64,000 bases of DNA from Eutreptiella sp. 'Long Island Sound 2002' (GCA_964036045.1 OZ038379.1:12462001-12526000); one strand, 5' to 3'. Counted from the stretch's first letter, positions 32,982 to 44,486 are shown. Notes: generated from the sequence alone by a model not told the origin. Program-made: numbers and translations.

Positions 32982-33750
32982 CTGTGAGTAGCACCGAAGA
33001 AGCAATGTGTTTTGGATGGAGAGTGTCTTACAGTGGAGGGTGCACATGCTTGTCTCCTGCTTTGATGCGCGGCGCACACACACGCACGGGGGAACTGTAG
33101 TTCCGTAGGAATGGAAGTTCCGCCCGGAGTGCGTGTGTGTGCCCGATTGACTCCACCGGGGGCGTCTCCCTCCCTGTTGTAGATAAGTTTTTCTGTGACT
33201 GAGGTGCACTGCTCTAGTGCCACCCGCCCAACCCGCCCTCTATTACCGTGACCTTCTCACGGGTATGCGTTCCAGTCGAACTGTCCTCTGGAGCCTGTGC
33301 TCCAGTGACTGTGAGTAGCACCGAAGAAGCAATGTGTTTTGGATGGAGAGTGTCTTACAGTGGAGGGTGCACATGCTTGTCTCCTGCTTTGATGCGCGGC
33401 GCACACACACGCACGGGGGAACTGTAGTTCCGTAGGAATGGAAGTTCCGCCCGGAGTGCGTGTGTGTGCCCGATTGACTCCACCGGGGGCGTCTCCCTCC
33501 CTGTTGTAGATAAGTTTTTCTGTGACTGAGGTGCACTGCTCTAGTGCCACCCGCCCAACCCGCCCTCTATTACCGTGACCTTCTCACGGGTATGCGTTCC
33601 AGTCGAACTGTCCTCTGGAGCCTGTGCTCCAGTGACTGTGAGTAGCACCGAAGAAGCAATGTGTTTTGGATGGAGAGTGTCTTACAGTGGAGGGTGCACA
33701 TGCTTGTCTCCTGCTTTGATGCGCGGCGCACACACACGCACGGGGGAACT
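32982..33750 (+). repeat. 327-bp tandem array of terminal repeats B(115)-A(127)-C(87), 2.35 units
   Basis: B at 32982-33096, 33309-33423, 33636-33750; A at 33095-33221, 33422-33548; copies appear identical. Confidence 0.97.
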
Positions 33751-35204
33751 CTCCCCACCATGGGGACCCCGAGAAGGCAGCGGTGATGTAGCCATATTGA
33801 TCTGAGGGAATTGAGCAGCTGTTTGCTCAGTTGTGGCATTCGGGCTTAATTCGGAACATTTGGTGTGGTGGTCCCAACGAGGTGCATCAATCAGTGCACA
33901 TTTTGTTACTTTACCCAATTTTGCATCCGGGAGCAGGTCCTTTTCCCTCCGTATGGACCGTGGGAACTTGTTCCCCCTCATGTTTGGAAGAGCACCAAAG
34001 CAACCGTTGAGGATGCCACGCAAGATGATGTTGGAGATGAGGTTGATATATGTGCATTGTGCAGTCAAAAGCACACTACAACAAAATGTGGTGAATGTAA
34101 TTTGAATTATTGTGTGGAATGTATTGACCCGCACACCTGTGGGGCCAAGACTGTTTATTGAACAGTCTTGCTTGTCCAATTTGAGTGAACAAATTTGGCG
34201 GAACAAAGTTGTGAAGGTGATCCAGATATGCTTTTCCTGATCGATGTTGTGCAGGGATGGTTTGTTGCTTCATTTGGTTGGCAAGAGGCATCTGTTGGTC
34301 TACTCGGGGGCTTCATAGGGTAATGGTGAACTTGGGGACTCAATCTGGGAAAGTCATCATAAAAAGAGCACGCAGGGTGCGTGCGGGGCAAACACTCCCC
34401 CAATGTGTCATATACTCCTGGGAGTAGTTGCATAGAGTTGCATAGTTTCCAAGTGTAGCAGCCACTCTATCCTGCCAGGTTCTGCTATGTTGTCCTCCTG
34501 GCCAGCTTTGTACCCAACTACGAGTTCCATGGCCCTTGAGGCTCTTGCAACACCATTTGGATTTGTTGTGTGTTCGTCTTCGCTACTATCCCATGAGGTC
34601 ACCACCGCTGCTTGCTGCATTTTTTGTTCAGCATTGTGTACCCTGCAACTCAGTACCTGAAGGTGTACACAAATTGACAAGTTCTAGGTCCTCAAGTGGT
34701 CCCCAGACGACAGACAGAAAACAGAACATCTGCCATCCAGACCCTTTGGGGGCGCCTTAAGCGCAGTGCGCGCGCAGTGCGCGCGCAATGCAACTATTTG
34801 GGCGTCTAGCCGTACTGGAGACCCATACTTTGTGATACTAGGGGGCATCATTGTTGCCCCTAACGTAGGTTTTGATGCTTCTTCCACATTGGGGATATGT
34901 CATTTTTGGATTTTCACCCACTTTCACCCATTTCCGCCCCGTTTCACACTTTTTTGCTCATCCCCACCATGGACTCCCACACTTTGGTGTGGGCCCTTGA
35001 GTTGGGGTGACAGACTCCCCGGTTTTTGCTTGACCACGGTCGAATGCCCTATGCGAGGCCGCATCACTGCTGATAAGGATGCGTGGTTGTACCACAACTA
35101 GAAACTGGAGTTTGACGTGGATTCCCTCCTACAAGCCACTGTGCCCCACGGTCAGTTACAGTCCTGGTGGAGTGCCTACTAGAAATGAACAGATGGATAT
35201 GCGA

Positions 35205-38200
35205 CACCTTCCGAAAACAAATAAATGAACACACCACAATAGCTGCTGAAGACCCGAATAATACCTTTAAGTGGAAGTGTGCTTCAGAGCCATTTGCTAT
35301 TGTTCTCGCAAGCGCGGGGGGTTGGCACACAATCTGGGGTTTTCAAGACAGACTGGGCCAAGGGGTATGCGCCATGCATATGTGGTTTTGCACGGCCAAA
35401 GCAAAGGAAGTCTCCTGAAGAGCATGTGACACCCTTCACAAAAGAGTGTAATCCCTGGTGTTCGCCCTTGCCTCTGAGTTCACCTGCTTTTTCAGGCCTA
35501 CTGCTTTCACAAGATATGTCTTTCAACGAGTTTCCCTCCGTCAGTCTGTTCCTTAAGGTGCCTGGACTCTCTGAGGAGGCCCAAAAGCTGAATCAACAGG
35601 CGTGCCATGTGGCCTACGGGGGTGATACTGAGGCTGCTCTCCAGTATGTAGAGATGGCCATCAGAACCACCAACAGTTCCCTGCCCAGAGAATTGTTGTA
35701 CAACAAAGCTTTGTTGCTGCTGCGCCAACATGATCATAAGTTGTGCCTCGAGGTGGTCAGTCAGATTTTGGTGCGATTCCCTCAGGTTTTCCCCCTTGCC
35801 GCGATGTGGGTGTGATGGGAATTGATGGGAGTTCCCGCCAGCACTGCCCGAAAGCTTTCTATTCTGTTTCCAGGACTGACCAAGGCTGACGTCAGCTGGA
35901 AGGGAACAGGCAACTGATGATGGAAGGTCAACCGGCGGTCCTTGGGGTTAACTTGGAGGTGGATGGCCAACCAAGGGCAGTTCTGTTGCAGACAGAAGGC
36001 CCCCGGCTGTTTTTTCTGTGCCTTGTTCAGGGCCCTCCTGACTGTAGCCCCACCATCCACCCTTTGCACATTAGTCGTCTTTCAGGATGTGCATTACCAG
36101 GTTCAGAACAAGCCCCAGAGCTGTCATTATCATTGTCTAGCACTTGTAGGGCCACTTGCTGAAATGTTTCTGTGTCGTGCTGCGGCTGCTTCATTTCTGT
36201 TCTGCAGTCCTGCTCGATATGCAATGCTACACCTGTGCTGCATGTCCAGAAAACCCCTGCACATCTGAGATCAAGGCCCATCAAGGCCCATCAAATTGAT
36301 CAGCGGAATGTGCTGAACATGAAGATGTATGTGGTGGGGGCCAACGATCACTTTTTTTTTTTGAAGGGTGTAAAGTGGTGATAATTGGCCAAAATTGGCC
36401 TTCCAAACTTCGTAATCGTTGTTTCGTCATCGGGGGGGCACCCCCTTACCTCCACTACATTCATCCCTGTTCTATATTCACCATATCCAACCCTGTGCTG
36501 CCGCATAAATTGAGCCGTTTCGGACCCCCAAACCAGAACCTCCCCTCGCTGACCAATCCTCCATTGATGCTTGGCGAACGGTGGTGGATTTCCGAAATAC
36601 GAATGCGGCGACCAAGCAGGACACACATACACACTCCCAAAGGTTGAGACGGTGTCAGCTTTTGGCCCTTGCATGCGGCGTTTTGAGTGGTTGGTGGTTT
36701 TGGGGTTGGCGTTTTGAGTGGTTGGTGGTTTTGGGGTTCGTACTGGCGCAGTCACCCCGAAAATGAGCGCTGTGCCTATGCTGTGCCCAGGCTGTACGGA
36801 ACCGCAACATAGGACTGGCATTTAGGCTGGCATTGCGTAGTGCCTGGCTGCGTGTGTTTTTGTTCGACTGTTGCCATGGCAGTTCCTGGTTGTTCTTGCC
36901 TTTGTAGGCGTGGGACCAGGTGCTGTGCCTAGCCTCCAAGGCCTGGCTGAGCGAGGGGAAGTTTGACGATGCGCTGGCCTGCTTGTGGCAGATCCATGGT
37001 GTTTACTTACAGGAATACGTCTCCTCACAGCTGATGATCGCCGAAAGCACGGGTCAGTGCCCCTTTGCCCCCAAAACAGATATGTGAGAAATGTTGTTGC
37101 CCTTTTGGATTCGGAGCATTGGCTAATGGGCCGGCGACAACATACTATGATTGCTGTGCTCCGTGACAGTACAGACAAAGAGAGGGTGGAGATTTGCACA
37201 GCGACTCATTTGGCGTTGGGACTTTGCTACCAGTTTGTTGACTTCACTTACACCGACAGATTGGGAAATCCAACATGTATCTCCAATCAGTGTCACCTTC
37301 CGAAAACAAATAAATGAACACACCACAATAGCTGCTGAAGACCCGAATAATACCTTTAAGTGGAAGTGTGCTTCAGAGCCATTTGCTATTGTTCTCGCAA
37401 GCGCGGGGGGTTGGCACACAATCTGGGGTTTTCAAGACAGACTGGGCCAAGGGGTATGCGCCATGCATATGTGGTTTTGCACGGCCAAAGCAAAGGAAGT
37501 CTCCTGAAGAGCATGTGACACCCTTCACAAAAGAGTGTAATCCCTGGTGTTCGCCCTTGCCTCTGAGTTCACCTGCTTTTTCAGGCCTACTGCTTTCACA
37601 AGATATGTCTTTCAACGAGTTTCCCTCCGTCAGTCTGTTCCTTAAGGTGCCTGGACTCTCTGAGGAGGCCCAAAAGCTGAATCAACAGGCGTGCCATGTG
37701 GCCTACGGGGGTGATACTGAGGCTGCTCTCCAGTATGTAGAGATGGCCATCAGAACCACCAACAGTTCCCTGCCCAGAGAATTGTTGTACAACAAAGCTT
37801 TGTTGCTGCTGCGCCAACATGATCATAAGTTGTGCCTCGAGGTGGTCAGTCAGATTTTGGTGCGATTCCCTCAGGTTTTCCCCCTTGCCGCGATGTGGGT
37901 GTGATGGGAATTGATGGGAGTTCCCGCCAGCACTGCCCGAAAGCTTTCTATTCTGTTTCCAGGACTGACCAAGGCTGACGTCAGCTGGAAGGGAACAGGC
38001 AACTGATGATGGAAGGTCAACCGGCGGTCCTTGGGGTTAACTTGGAGGTGGATGGCCAACCAAGGGCAGTTCTGTTGCAGACAGAAGGCCCCCGGCTGTT
38101 TTTTCTGTGCCTTGTTCAGGGCCCTCCTGACTGTAGCCCCACCATCCACCCTTTGCACATTAGTCGTCTTTCAGGATGTGCATTACCAGGTTCAGAACAA

Positions 38201-39389
38201 GCCCCAGAGCTGTCATTATCATTGTCTAGCACTTGTAGGGCCACTTGCTGAAATGTTTCTGTGTCGTGCTGCGGCTGCTTCATTTCTGTTCTGCAGTCCT
38301 GCTCGATATGCAATGCTACACCTGTGCTGCATGTCCAGAAAACCCCTGCACATCTGAGATCAAGGCCCATCAAGGCCCATCAAATTGATCAGCGGAATGT
38401 GCTGAACATGAAGATGTATGTGGTGGGGGCCAACGATCACTTTTTTTTTTTGAAGGGTGTAAAGTGGTGATAATTGGCCAAAATTGGCCTTCCAAACTTC
38501 GTAATCGTTGTTTCGTCATCGGGGGGGCACCCCCTTACCTCCACTACATTCATCCCTGTTCTATATTCACCATATCCAACCCTGTGCTGCCGCATAAATT
38601 GAGCCGTTTCGGACCCCCAAACCAGAACCTCCCCTCGCTGACCAATCCTCCATTGATGCTTGGCGAACGGTGGTGGATTTCCGAAATACGAATGCGGCGA
38701 CCAAGCAGGACACACATACACACTCCCAAAGGTTGAGACGGTGTCAGCTTTTGGCCCTTGCATGCGGCGTTTTGAGTGGTTGGTGGTTTTGGGGTTGGCG
38801 TTTTGAGTGGTTGGTGGTTTTGGGGTTCGTACTGGCGCAGTCACCCCGAAAATGAGCGCTGTGCCTATGCTGTGCCCAGGCTGTACGGAACCGCAACATA
38901 GGACTGGCATTTAGGCTGGCATTGCGTAGTGCCTGGCTGCGTGTGTTTTTGTTCGACTGTTGCCATGGCAGTTCCTGGTTGTTCTTGCCTTTGTAGGCGT
39001 GGGACCAGGTGCTGTGCCTAGCCTCCAAGGCCTGGCTGAGCGAGGGGAAGTTTGACGATGCGCTGGCCTGCTTGTGGCAGATCCATGGTGTTTACTTACA
39101 GGAATACGTCTCCTCACAGCTGATGATCGCCGAAAGCACGGGTCAGTGCCCCTTTGCCCCCAAAACAGATATGTGAGAAATGTTGTTGCCCTTTTGGATT
39201 CGGAGCATTGGCTAATGGGCCGGCGACAACATACTATGATTGCTGTGCTCCGTGACAGTACAGACAAAGAGAGGGTGGAGATTTGCACAGCGACTCATTT
39301 GGCGTTGGGACTTTGCTACCAGTTTGTTGACTTCACTTACACCGACAGATTGGGAAATCCAACATGTATCTCCAATCAGTGTCACCTTC
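35205..39389 (+). repeat. 2089-bp direct tandem duplication
   Basis: All ORFs repeat with offset 2089; CACCTTC microhomology at 35205, 37294 and 39383. Confidence 0.97.
35540..35760 (+). CDS. TPR-like helical exon of a host gene (duplicated at +2089)
   Basis: LSEEAQKLNQQACHVAYGGDTEAALQYVEMAI..LLYNKALLLL; a second TPR-like exon from 36908 (AWDQVLCLASKAWLSEGKFDDALACLWQ); boundaries approximate. Confidence 0.45.
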
Positions 39390-40051
39390 TCATTGGAGAT
39401 AACCCACAGCATTTTCCATGCCCAATACTAACAGTTCAAAGGAGGGAAACCTGAGAGTGGTTCACAAGTCATGGTGTGGAATGTGGGATGCTGTAACACC
39501 ACAATCCTCCGTTGTCACACCTTCTCGGCCCTACAGACAAACTGCCAAACACACCTAGCACTGAGGGCAACATATTCAACAAGTACCGACACACCCTTCT
39601 CACTGCCATATTGCTCCCTGCATTATAAATATGCATGTTGACCGGTGATGAGTAGCAACATGCTTTGTTGAATTGCCACCAAACAGTAGGAGAGTCTGTA
39701 TGATGGGGCAAAGAAGGGACACGTCCATGCTGTGGGCCTTTTTTGGTGAAGATGGAAGTTAGTGACAAACAGGGAAAATGCAACGATGTAAATGGCTGGT
39801 ATTGTGCCCATCTAGAAACGAGGGGAAAGCATGCATGCAACTCATATAAATGCATAACAAGGCTCATTGTTACTGGTACTAGGCACTACTATGCAGCTTG
39901 GGTATGGTCCTGTACAAACTTTGTGCCTAGCATGCACACAGCGCGCACTACACCCCCCAAGCAATGGTCATCCAATCAATCTCCACTGCATTGGTGTGTG
40001 TTGTTGTGCATCTTTTCCTATATGTATGCAACAAGAGTTTGGATTTGGTTT

Positions 40052-40338
40052 GGCCCCTTTCCGGTTGGGGATATGGACCGGCCCCTTTCCGGTTGAGGAT
40101 GTGGACCAGCCCCTTTCTAGTTGGGGATATGGACTACCCCTTTTCCACTTGGGGATGTGCACCGGCCCTTTTTCACTTGGGGATATGGATTGGCCCCTTT
40201 CCATTTGGGAATATGGACCAGCCCCTTTCCACCTGGGGATATGGAGTGGCCCCTTTCCAGTTGGGGATATGGAGTGGCCCTTTTCCGGTTGGGGATATGG
40301 AGTGGCCCCTTCCCGGTTGGGGATATGGACCGGCCCTT
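40052..40338 (+). repeat. 28-bp tandem satellite (~10 units)
   Basis: Unit gcccctttccggttggggatatggaccg; an isolated unit at ~4970-5000. Confidence 0.92.
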
Positions 40339-40743
40339 TAGAAAGCATGTTCCACACTTTTTTTGATCACTCCAAGGGCAACTTTGTGCGAGTTTATAAG
40401 AGAAGCAGCCATAATGGCACGACAAGACTGCAGTTCAGAAGAGGATGAAATTGGTGAGTCCAAGTCGAACTCTGATTGATCTTCGGCAAACAATTTGATA
40501 ACAATGAGCATTCCTCCGTGTTTCCTGTTTGTGTTGCCTGGTGGTGTTTAGGTGAGGCACAATGTATGGACCCAAAAAGATGAGTTGATTACCTGTTTTC
40601 AGACATTATGACAAATGTATATGCTGAATGGGTCAGTGTGGTGCATTTTTGCAATTCCAGGTGGATATGGTTCAGTTCGGCGCGGGGGGGGGGGGGGGGG
40701 GGCTCCCCCCTGGACCCCCTCCCCCCCTCCCCTGGGCCCCCTG

Positions 40744-41110
40744 GGGTATATTTCGGGGATCACCGGGACACGGCACAGTGCATCCCCATCACTCAGAAAC
40801 AAACAAATAACAGGGGAGAGCTCCTCGCGGCTATACATGCCATTCACCATAGGACACAGCACAAGCGCACACTGATCTGCTCTGATTCAAAACTAGTGGT
40901 CATGGGGGCCACAGGCAAAGCCAGCAAATGGCGGCGCCATGACTGGCAAGGTTCGCGGGGGCCGGTGGGCCACGTGGACCTGTGGGAGCAACTCCTTGGG
41001 GAAATTGAGCAGGCAGGGGCAGCGGTACGCTGGCTGCATGTCCCCTCACACGTTGGCATTGTAGGGAACACACACGCGGACACACTGGCTGACATGGGCC
41101 GCCGCAAATC
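40744..41110 (+). pseudogene. RNase HI-like domain (retroelement-type), N-terminus disrupted by a G-run/C-run insert
   Basis: GVYFG, QTNNRGELLA, ICSDSKLV, WRRHDW, HVDLWEQL, HVPSHVGIVGNTHADTLADMG. Confidence 0.9.
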
Positions 41111-41660
41111 CCCCCTCCTCCGAGGGTATGTCACCTCAGCCCGGCGCCCACAGCAGGAAGGGCAGGCACAAGAACAGGAAGACGAGTCCGACCTGGATGA
41201 GCCACCCATGTTTTCTCCGGAGGAGCGGGCGGCCAGCCCGCCTCCTCGTGGCACCCCCCCCCCCCCCGACCCCCCGCAGACAGGGAGTTACTGCACTGCT
41301 GGAAGTCGAAGACTGCACCCCAGCCTCCAAGAGACCACGCCACTCACCAGGCTGTACTGACCCGGCCTCTGGGTGGAGGTCGCGGGCGGTCTCCCGCTCA
41401 CCACGGCAAACACCAATGCGTGACGTCAGGCAGGAACTCTTCCCCTCGTCAGCCCCCCCCTCCTCCCCAGGCAGCTGTGATGAGGCCTGGCTGGCACCCA
41501 GATCGCCAGCAACGGCCTCCACGATCACGTGCAGCACGGAGGGCTCACGGTGTGGAACACCGGACCCCAGCCGCCCTTTGTTTGGCACGCCATAATGCAC
41601 GCGAGCCCACACCCCCATAGGATCAGACTCCATGAGCGTCAGACACCCCAAACAGGGCAA

Positions 41661-41738
41661 GAGACCGGCACGGCCTAGTAGTGAGAGCGGTAGTCTTCAG
41701 TCGTCCAGTGCGGGGGTTCGATCCCGGGAGCTGGTGCT
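41661..41738 (+). ncRNA. tRNA-derived (SINE-like) Pol III cassette
   Basis: A-box-like ggcctagtagtgag, B-box GGTTCGATCCC; cloverleaf does not pair properly, so not called a tRNA. Confidence 0.45.
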
Positions 41739-41974
41739 CTTGGGTTCCCTGCACGTAGAGCTCTCTAGTCGGCGTCGTGGGAACCACCCCCCCCTACAGC
41801 AACCCGCGCCACCACCGGTACCGGTGGATCGGGTGGAGGTCTCGTCCGTTTTGCCCCAACCCCCAAAAAGTGACACGCAGGAACCACACACACCTGCAGC
41901 AGTGCGCGCCGCCACCTGTACTCGAACAGGTCGATGGGAGGTCCCGTCCGGTATTCGAAGGGATCGGTGGGAGA

Positions 41975-42045
41975 CCACCGATCCCGGGACTCGAACCACC
42001 TCCCTCACGGCAAACGCCGGGTGCGCTGCCACTTGAGCGGCCGCC
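41975..42045 (-). ncRNA. tRNA-derived (SINE-like) Pol III cassette, convergent with the previous one
   Basis: Minus strand gctcaagtggcagcgc (A-box-like) and GGTTCGAGTCCC (B-box), followed by an 11-bp hairpin. Confidence 0.45.
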
Positions 42046-43004
42046 TTCTGAGAAGTGCTGGAACTTGGCACAGGGAACGACCACACACGCAAACACACTC
42101 ACCACACATGCAGGCGCCTCGGCGCCGCCCAGCCTTCCCACCCTCTGTATGGCTGTATGTTGACCTCCGAAAAGCCAGTACCCACTGGGGTTTTTAAATC
42201 CTAAGGACCTAAGTAGCCCAGGGCCGGTGGCAGTGGCCCACAAGGGTGACCTCTGACCGCCCCACCCCCCACGACTAGGTGACCCGGAATCACAGGTGTG
42301 TGGCCGAGAGGGGCCAGCGCAAGCGAGCATGCCAGTGCGACGGTGGGAGCCAAAGTGGGACACAACAAACGCTACGCCCCAAACTCAGTCCGAAGGCGAC
42401 AATGCCCTGAACCCTGTAGAAGCAGCCCGACTCTTACCCCATCCAGGGACGAGGGAAGGGACGAACTGCAAAGCACTGTCTGCGTGACACGGACAATCAT
42501 GGAACTGAGATGGCGATGAAGGTCGTGAGGCAGGCGCGGCTGGAGCTAAGTGGCGGGTCCACACCTGACCAATTGAGGCCCCCCTCCCCCCTCCGCTCAA
42601 GCAACGCCCTGCCTTCACCCCCACCATCTCCAAGTCGACCCGGCCGTAGTCTCATTGCATCGCTGGAGGCTAAGCAGCGTGATCTTGTGCCATCACAGCA
42701 TGCGACTACCCTGTCAACGTCGACGCGTGGTGCGACTGAGGCCCGGTTGGTGTAGAACAATGGTACCATGGAATGTTGCCCAAAAGTAAAAGTGGTCAAG
42801 GTGCCTTAGCATCACAAATGGGTGGCCAATTGTTGTGTTTGGGTGGAATCAACAATGTTGGGGTCTAAGATTAGGCCGCAGGGCACCTTGTTGATTCGAA
42901 AAAGTCGGTTTTGCCTCTTGCTTTCCACGGGACACATGGCAATGAATGCTAGGACACATGTACACACCAAGCCTGGGACCACTATAGGACAAGTGACACA
43001 AATG

Positions 43005-43078
43005 GTTGCCACGGGATTGGAACTTGCAACCTTTTGACTCGTAGTGCAGTGCACATACCACTGGAGTACTGCCTGCAG
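43005..43078 (-). ncRNA. Degenerate tRNA-like/SINE head
   Basis: Minus strand ccagtggtatgtgcac...aaaaggttgcaagttccaatccc. Confidence 0.3.
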
Positions 43079-43346
43079 CGTCACACAATTGCTCAAGGAC
43101 CATGTACAGACCGAGGGAAGATTTTTTCTCAAAAATGGACAAAGATCTTGTGTTTCCACATGACTCTAACTGCAAAGCAACCAAAAGGAAGGTGTGTTCG
43201 AGCTTGGGACCGAAATCCAGGTCACTGGGAAGCCGTTTTGCTGAAAAATCGGTTCACTGAAATCACCTCGAAGACTGTTGTTGGATTAAGTGCAGGCGTG
43301 GACGCCATATAACCCTCTTTTTGGGGTCATTCGCATAGGATAGAGG

Positions 43347-43946
43347 GTGCCTCGCACGCAGTGCGTGCGATGCGGCTGTCATGGTCCCCCTCCGCTTCGA
43401 TTGCCCATAGTTCATCTCTACCGGTGCAGCGGACATCGCCGGGACCTTCGCGCTCACGGGGCAGATCTTCACAACATCAACATCAAAGCTGAGGCCCAAA
43501 AGAGCGCATGCTCCAAAGACTACGGTGTGGTCCCGTCAAAGCGAGAAGGAGCACAACATTATCTTGCAACAATTAAAAGATCTCTTCTAGATTTACATAA
43601 GAGGGAGAGGGTCTTCTTGGATCAACTAACCAAGCACTTTGCCCAATCTGAGCCCCCTAAGTTTCCTCTGTGTAAATGTGGGCCTCGTCAACAGGAGGTC
43701 TACCAACAACAATTCCGAACGGCGCATGTGAATTTTTGGAATCAGAACCCGGACTACCCCCCACTCCCGGCTAGAGCACCCACAGTTCTTGAACAGATTT
43801 TGAAAGTGGGCAAAGGGAAACACATTCCAAAGGACACGGAAGATAAGGAAGAAACGGAGAGGTTGCAACAAAATAAGGCGCGGGAGAAGCGGAAGGAGAC
43901 GGAAAAGGTGGCATCACAATCGGCCACACAAACCTCCAGCTCCTAG
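43347..43946 (+). CDS. Hypothetical Cys/His-containing basic protein, possible second ORF of the adjacent Harbinger-like element
   Basis: Uninterrupted 199-aa ORF (GTG start); CVRCGCHG..CSGH, LCKCG; Lys/Glu-rich tail. Confidence 0.45.
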   Translation: MPRTQCVRCGCHGPPPLRLPIVHLYRCSGHRRDLRAHGADLHNINIKAEAQKSACSKDYGVVPSKREGAQHYLATIKRSLLDLHKRERVFLDQLTKHFAQSEPPKFPLCKCGPRQQEVYQQQFRTAHVNFWNQNPDYPPLPARAPTVLEQILKVGKGKHIPKDTEDKEETERLQQNKAREKRKETEKVASQSATQTSSS

Positions 43947-44486
43947 CATCTCCGGATTATTTAGGACACGCTCCCCCTTCCCCTCCCCCAATGAAGGTTC
44001 TACGCCGGGGACTTCTTTTTCCATCCCACAACCTCCGAAAGCGGCACCCCCCTTTCCTAAAAAGCGAAAGCATGCTCACCCCCAGAACATCCTACTACCC
44101 CAGGCTAGGGAAAGAAGGCAGATGAACGAACAACCAAGCAGGTGTTGAAGTACCTTTTGAAGGTGTGGCATGGGGTGGCCCATCAAATTCCGGTGAAGGA
44201 AGAGAACGTGCGTTGGTGGATGGTGAGGTGTGGAAGGAGGCTAATAAAAGATGGCTAGGAAGTTGTCATACTTTGTAGATCTCTTCGCGAGGAAATAGCC
44301 CTCAAGGGTTGCGATGAGGTGATTGCAGAGGAGTGGTATCAGAAATATGGGCATGGTGTTCTGCTCATGCGAGAAGAGATGTTCATTTTCTTTTTTAAAA
44401 CATGATGCCACGGCAAAGGATGTAACGGCTTATGTGTCACAATTTGCGGCTAGTGCTGATGTGGTTGATGCAACCGTGCTGCAACC

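Larger units (their letters stand above)
28419..33750 (+). mobile_element. Tyrosine-recombinase retrotransposon, element 2 (gag-YR-RT/RH) with split direct repeats; ORFs intact
   Basis: A repeat 28419-28547; ORFs; then B1-A2-C-B2-A3-C-B3; 2-bp CT shared at both junctions, no TSD. Confidence 0.95.
28225..34401 (+). mobile_element. PIF/Harbinger-like transposon copy 2, interrupted by YR element 2
   Basis: Ends GAGGGAGCGTTAGTGCG / reverse complement GGGGGAGTGTTTGC; TSD AAT (28222-24, 34402-04); transposase 3-prime remnant 33805-34161 and right end homologous to copy 1. Confidence 0.8.

Noticed and set aside
32982-33750. CRISPR-like array
   Set aside because: Units are 327 bp and identical throughout with no unique spacers; explained as retrotransposon terminal repeats; no cas genes
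37025-37055. Hammerhead ribozyme core (CTGATGA...GAAA)
   Set aside because: Only 5 nt between the motifs, so no stem II, and no flanking stems I/III found
39867-40448. ORFs with repetitive GYG/PFP peptides
   Set aside because: Translations of the 28-bp satellite
41661-41738. tRNA with UCA anticodon (UGA suppressor)
   Set aside because: Anticodon and T stems do not pair; better explained as a degenerate SINE head
42140-42250. HDV-like ribozyme at a possible retroelement 5-prime end
   Set aside because: A P2-like pairing (ggctgt/gtagcc) and CTAA are present, but P1, P3 and P1.1 could not be built; needs an Infernal search
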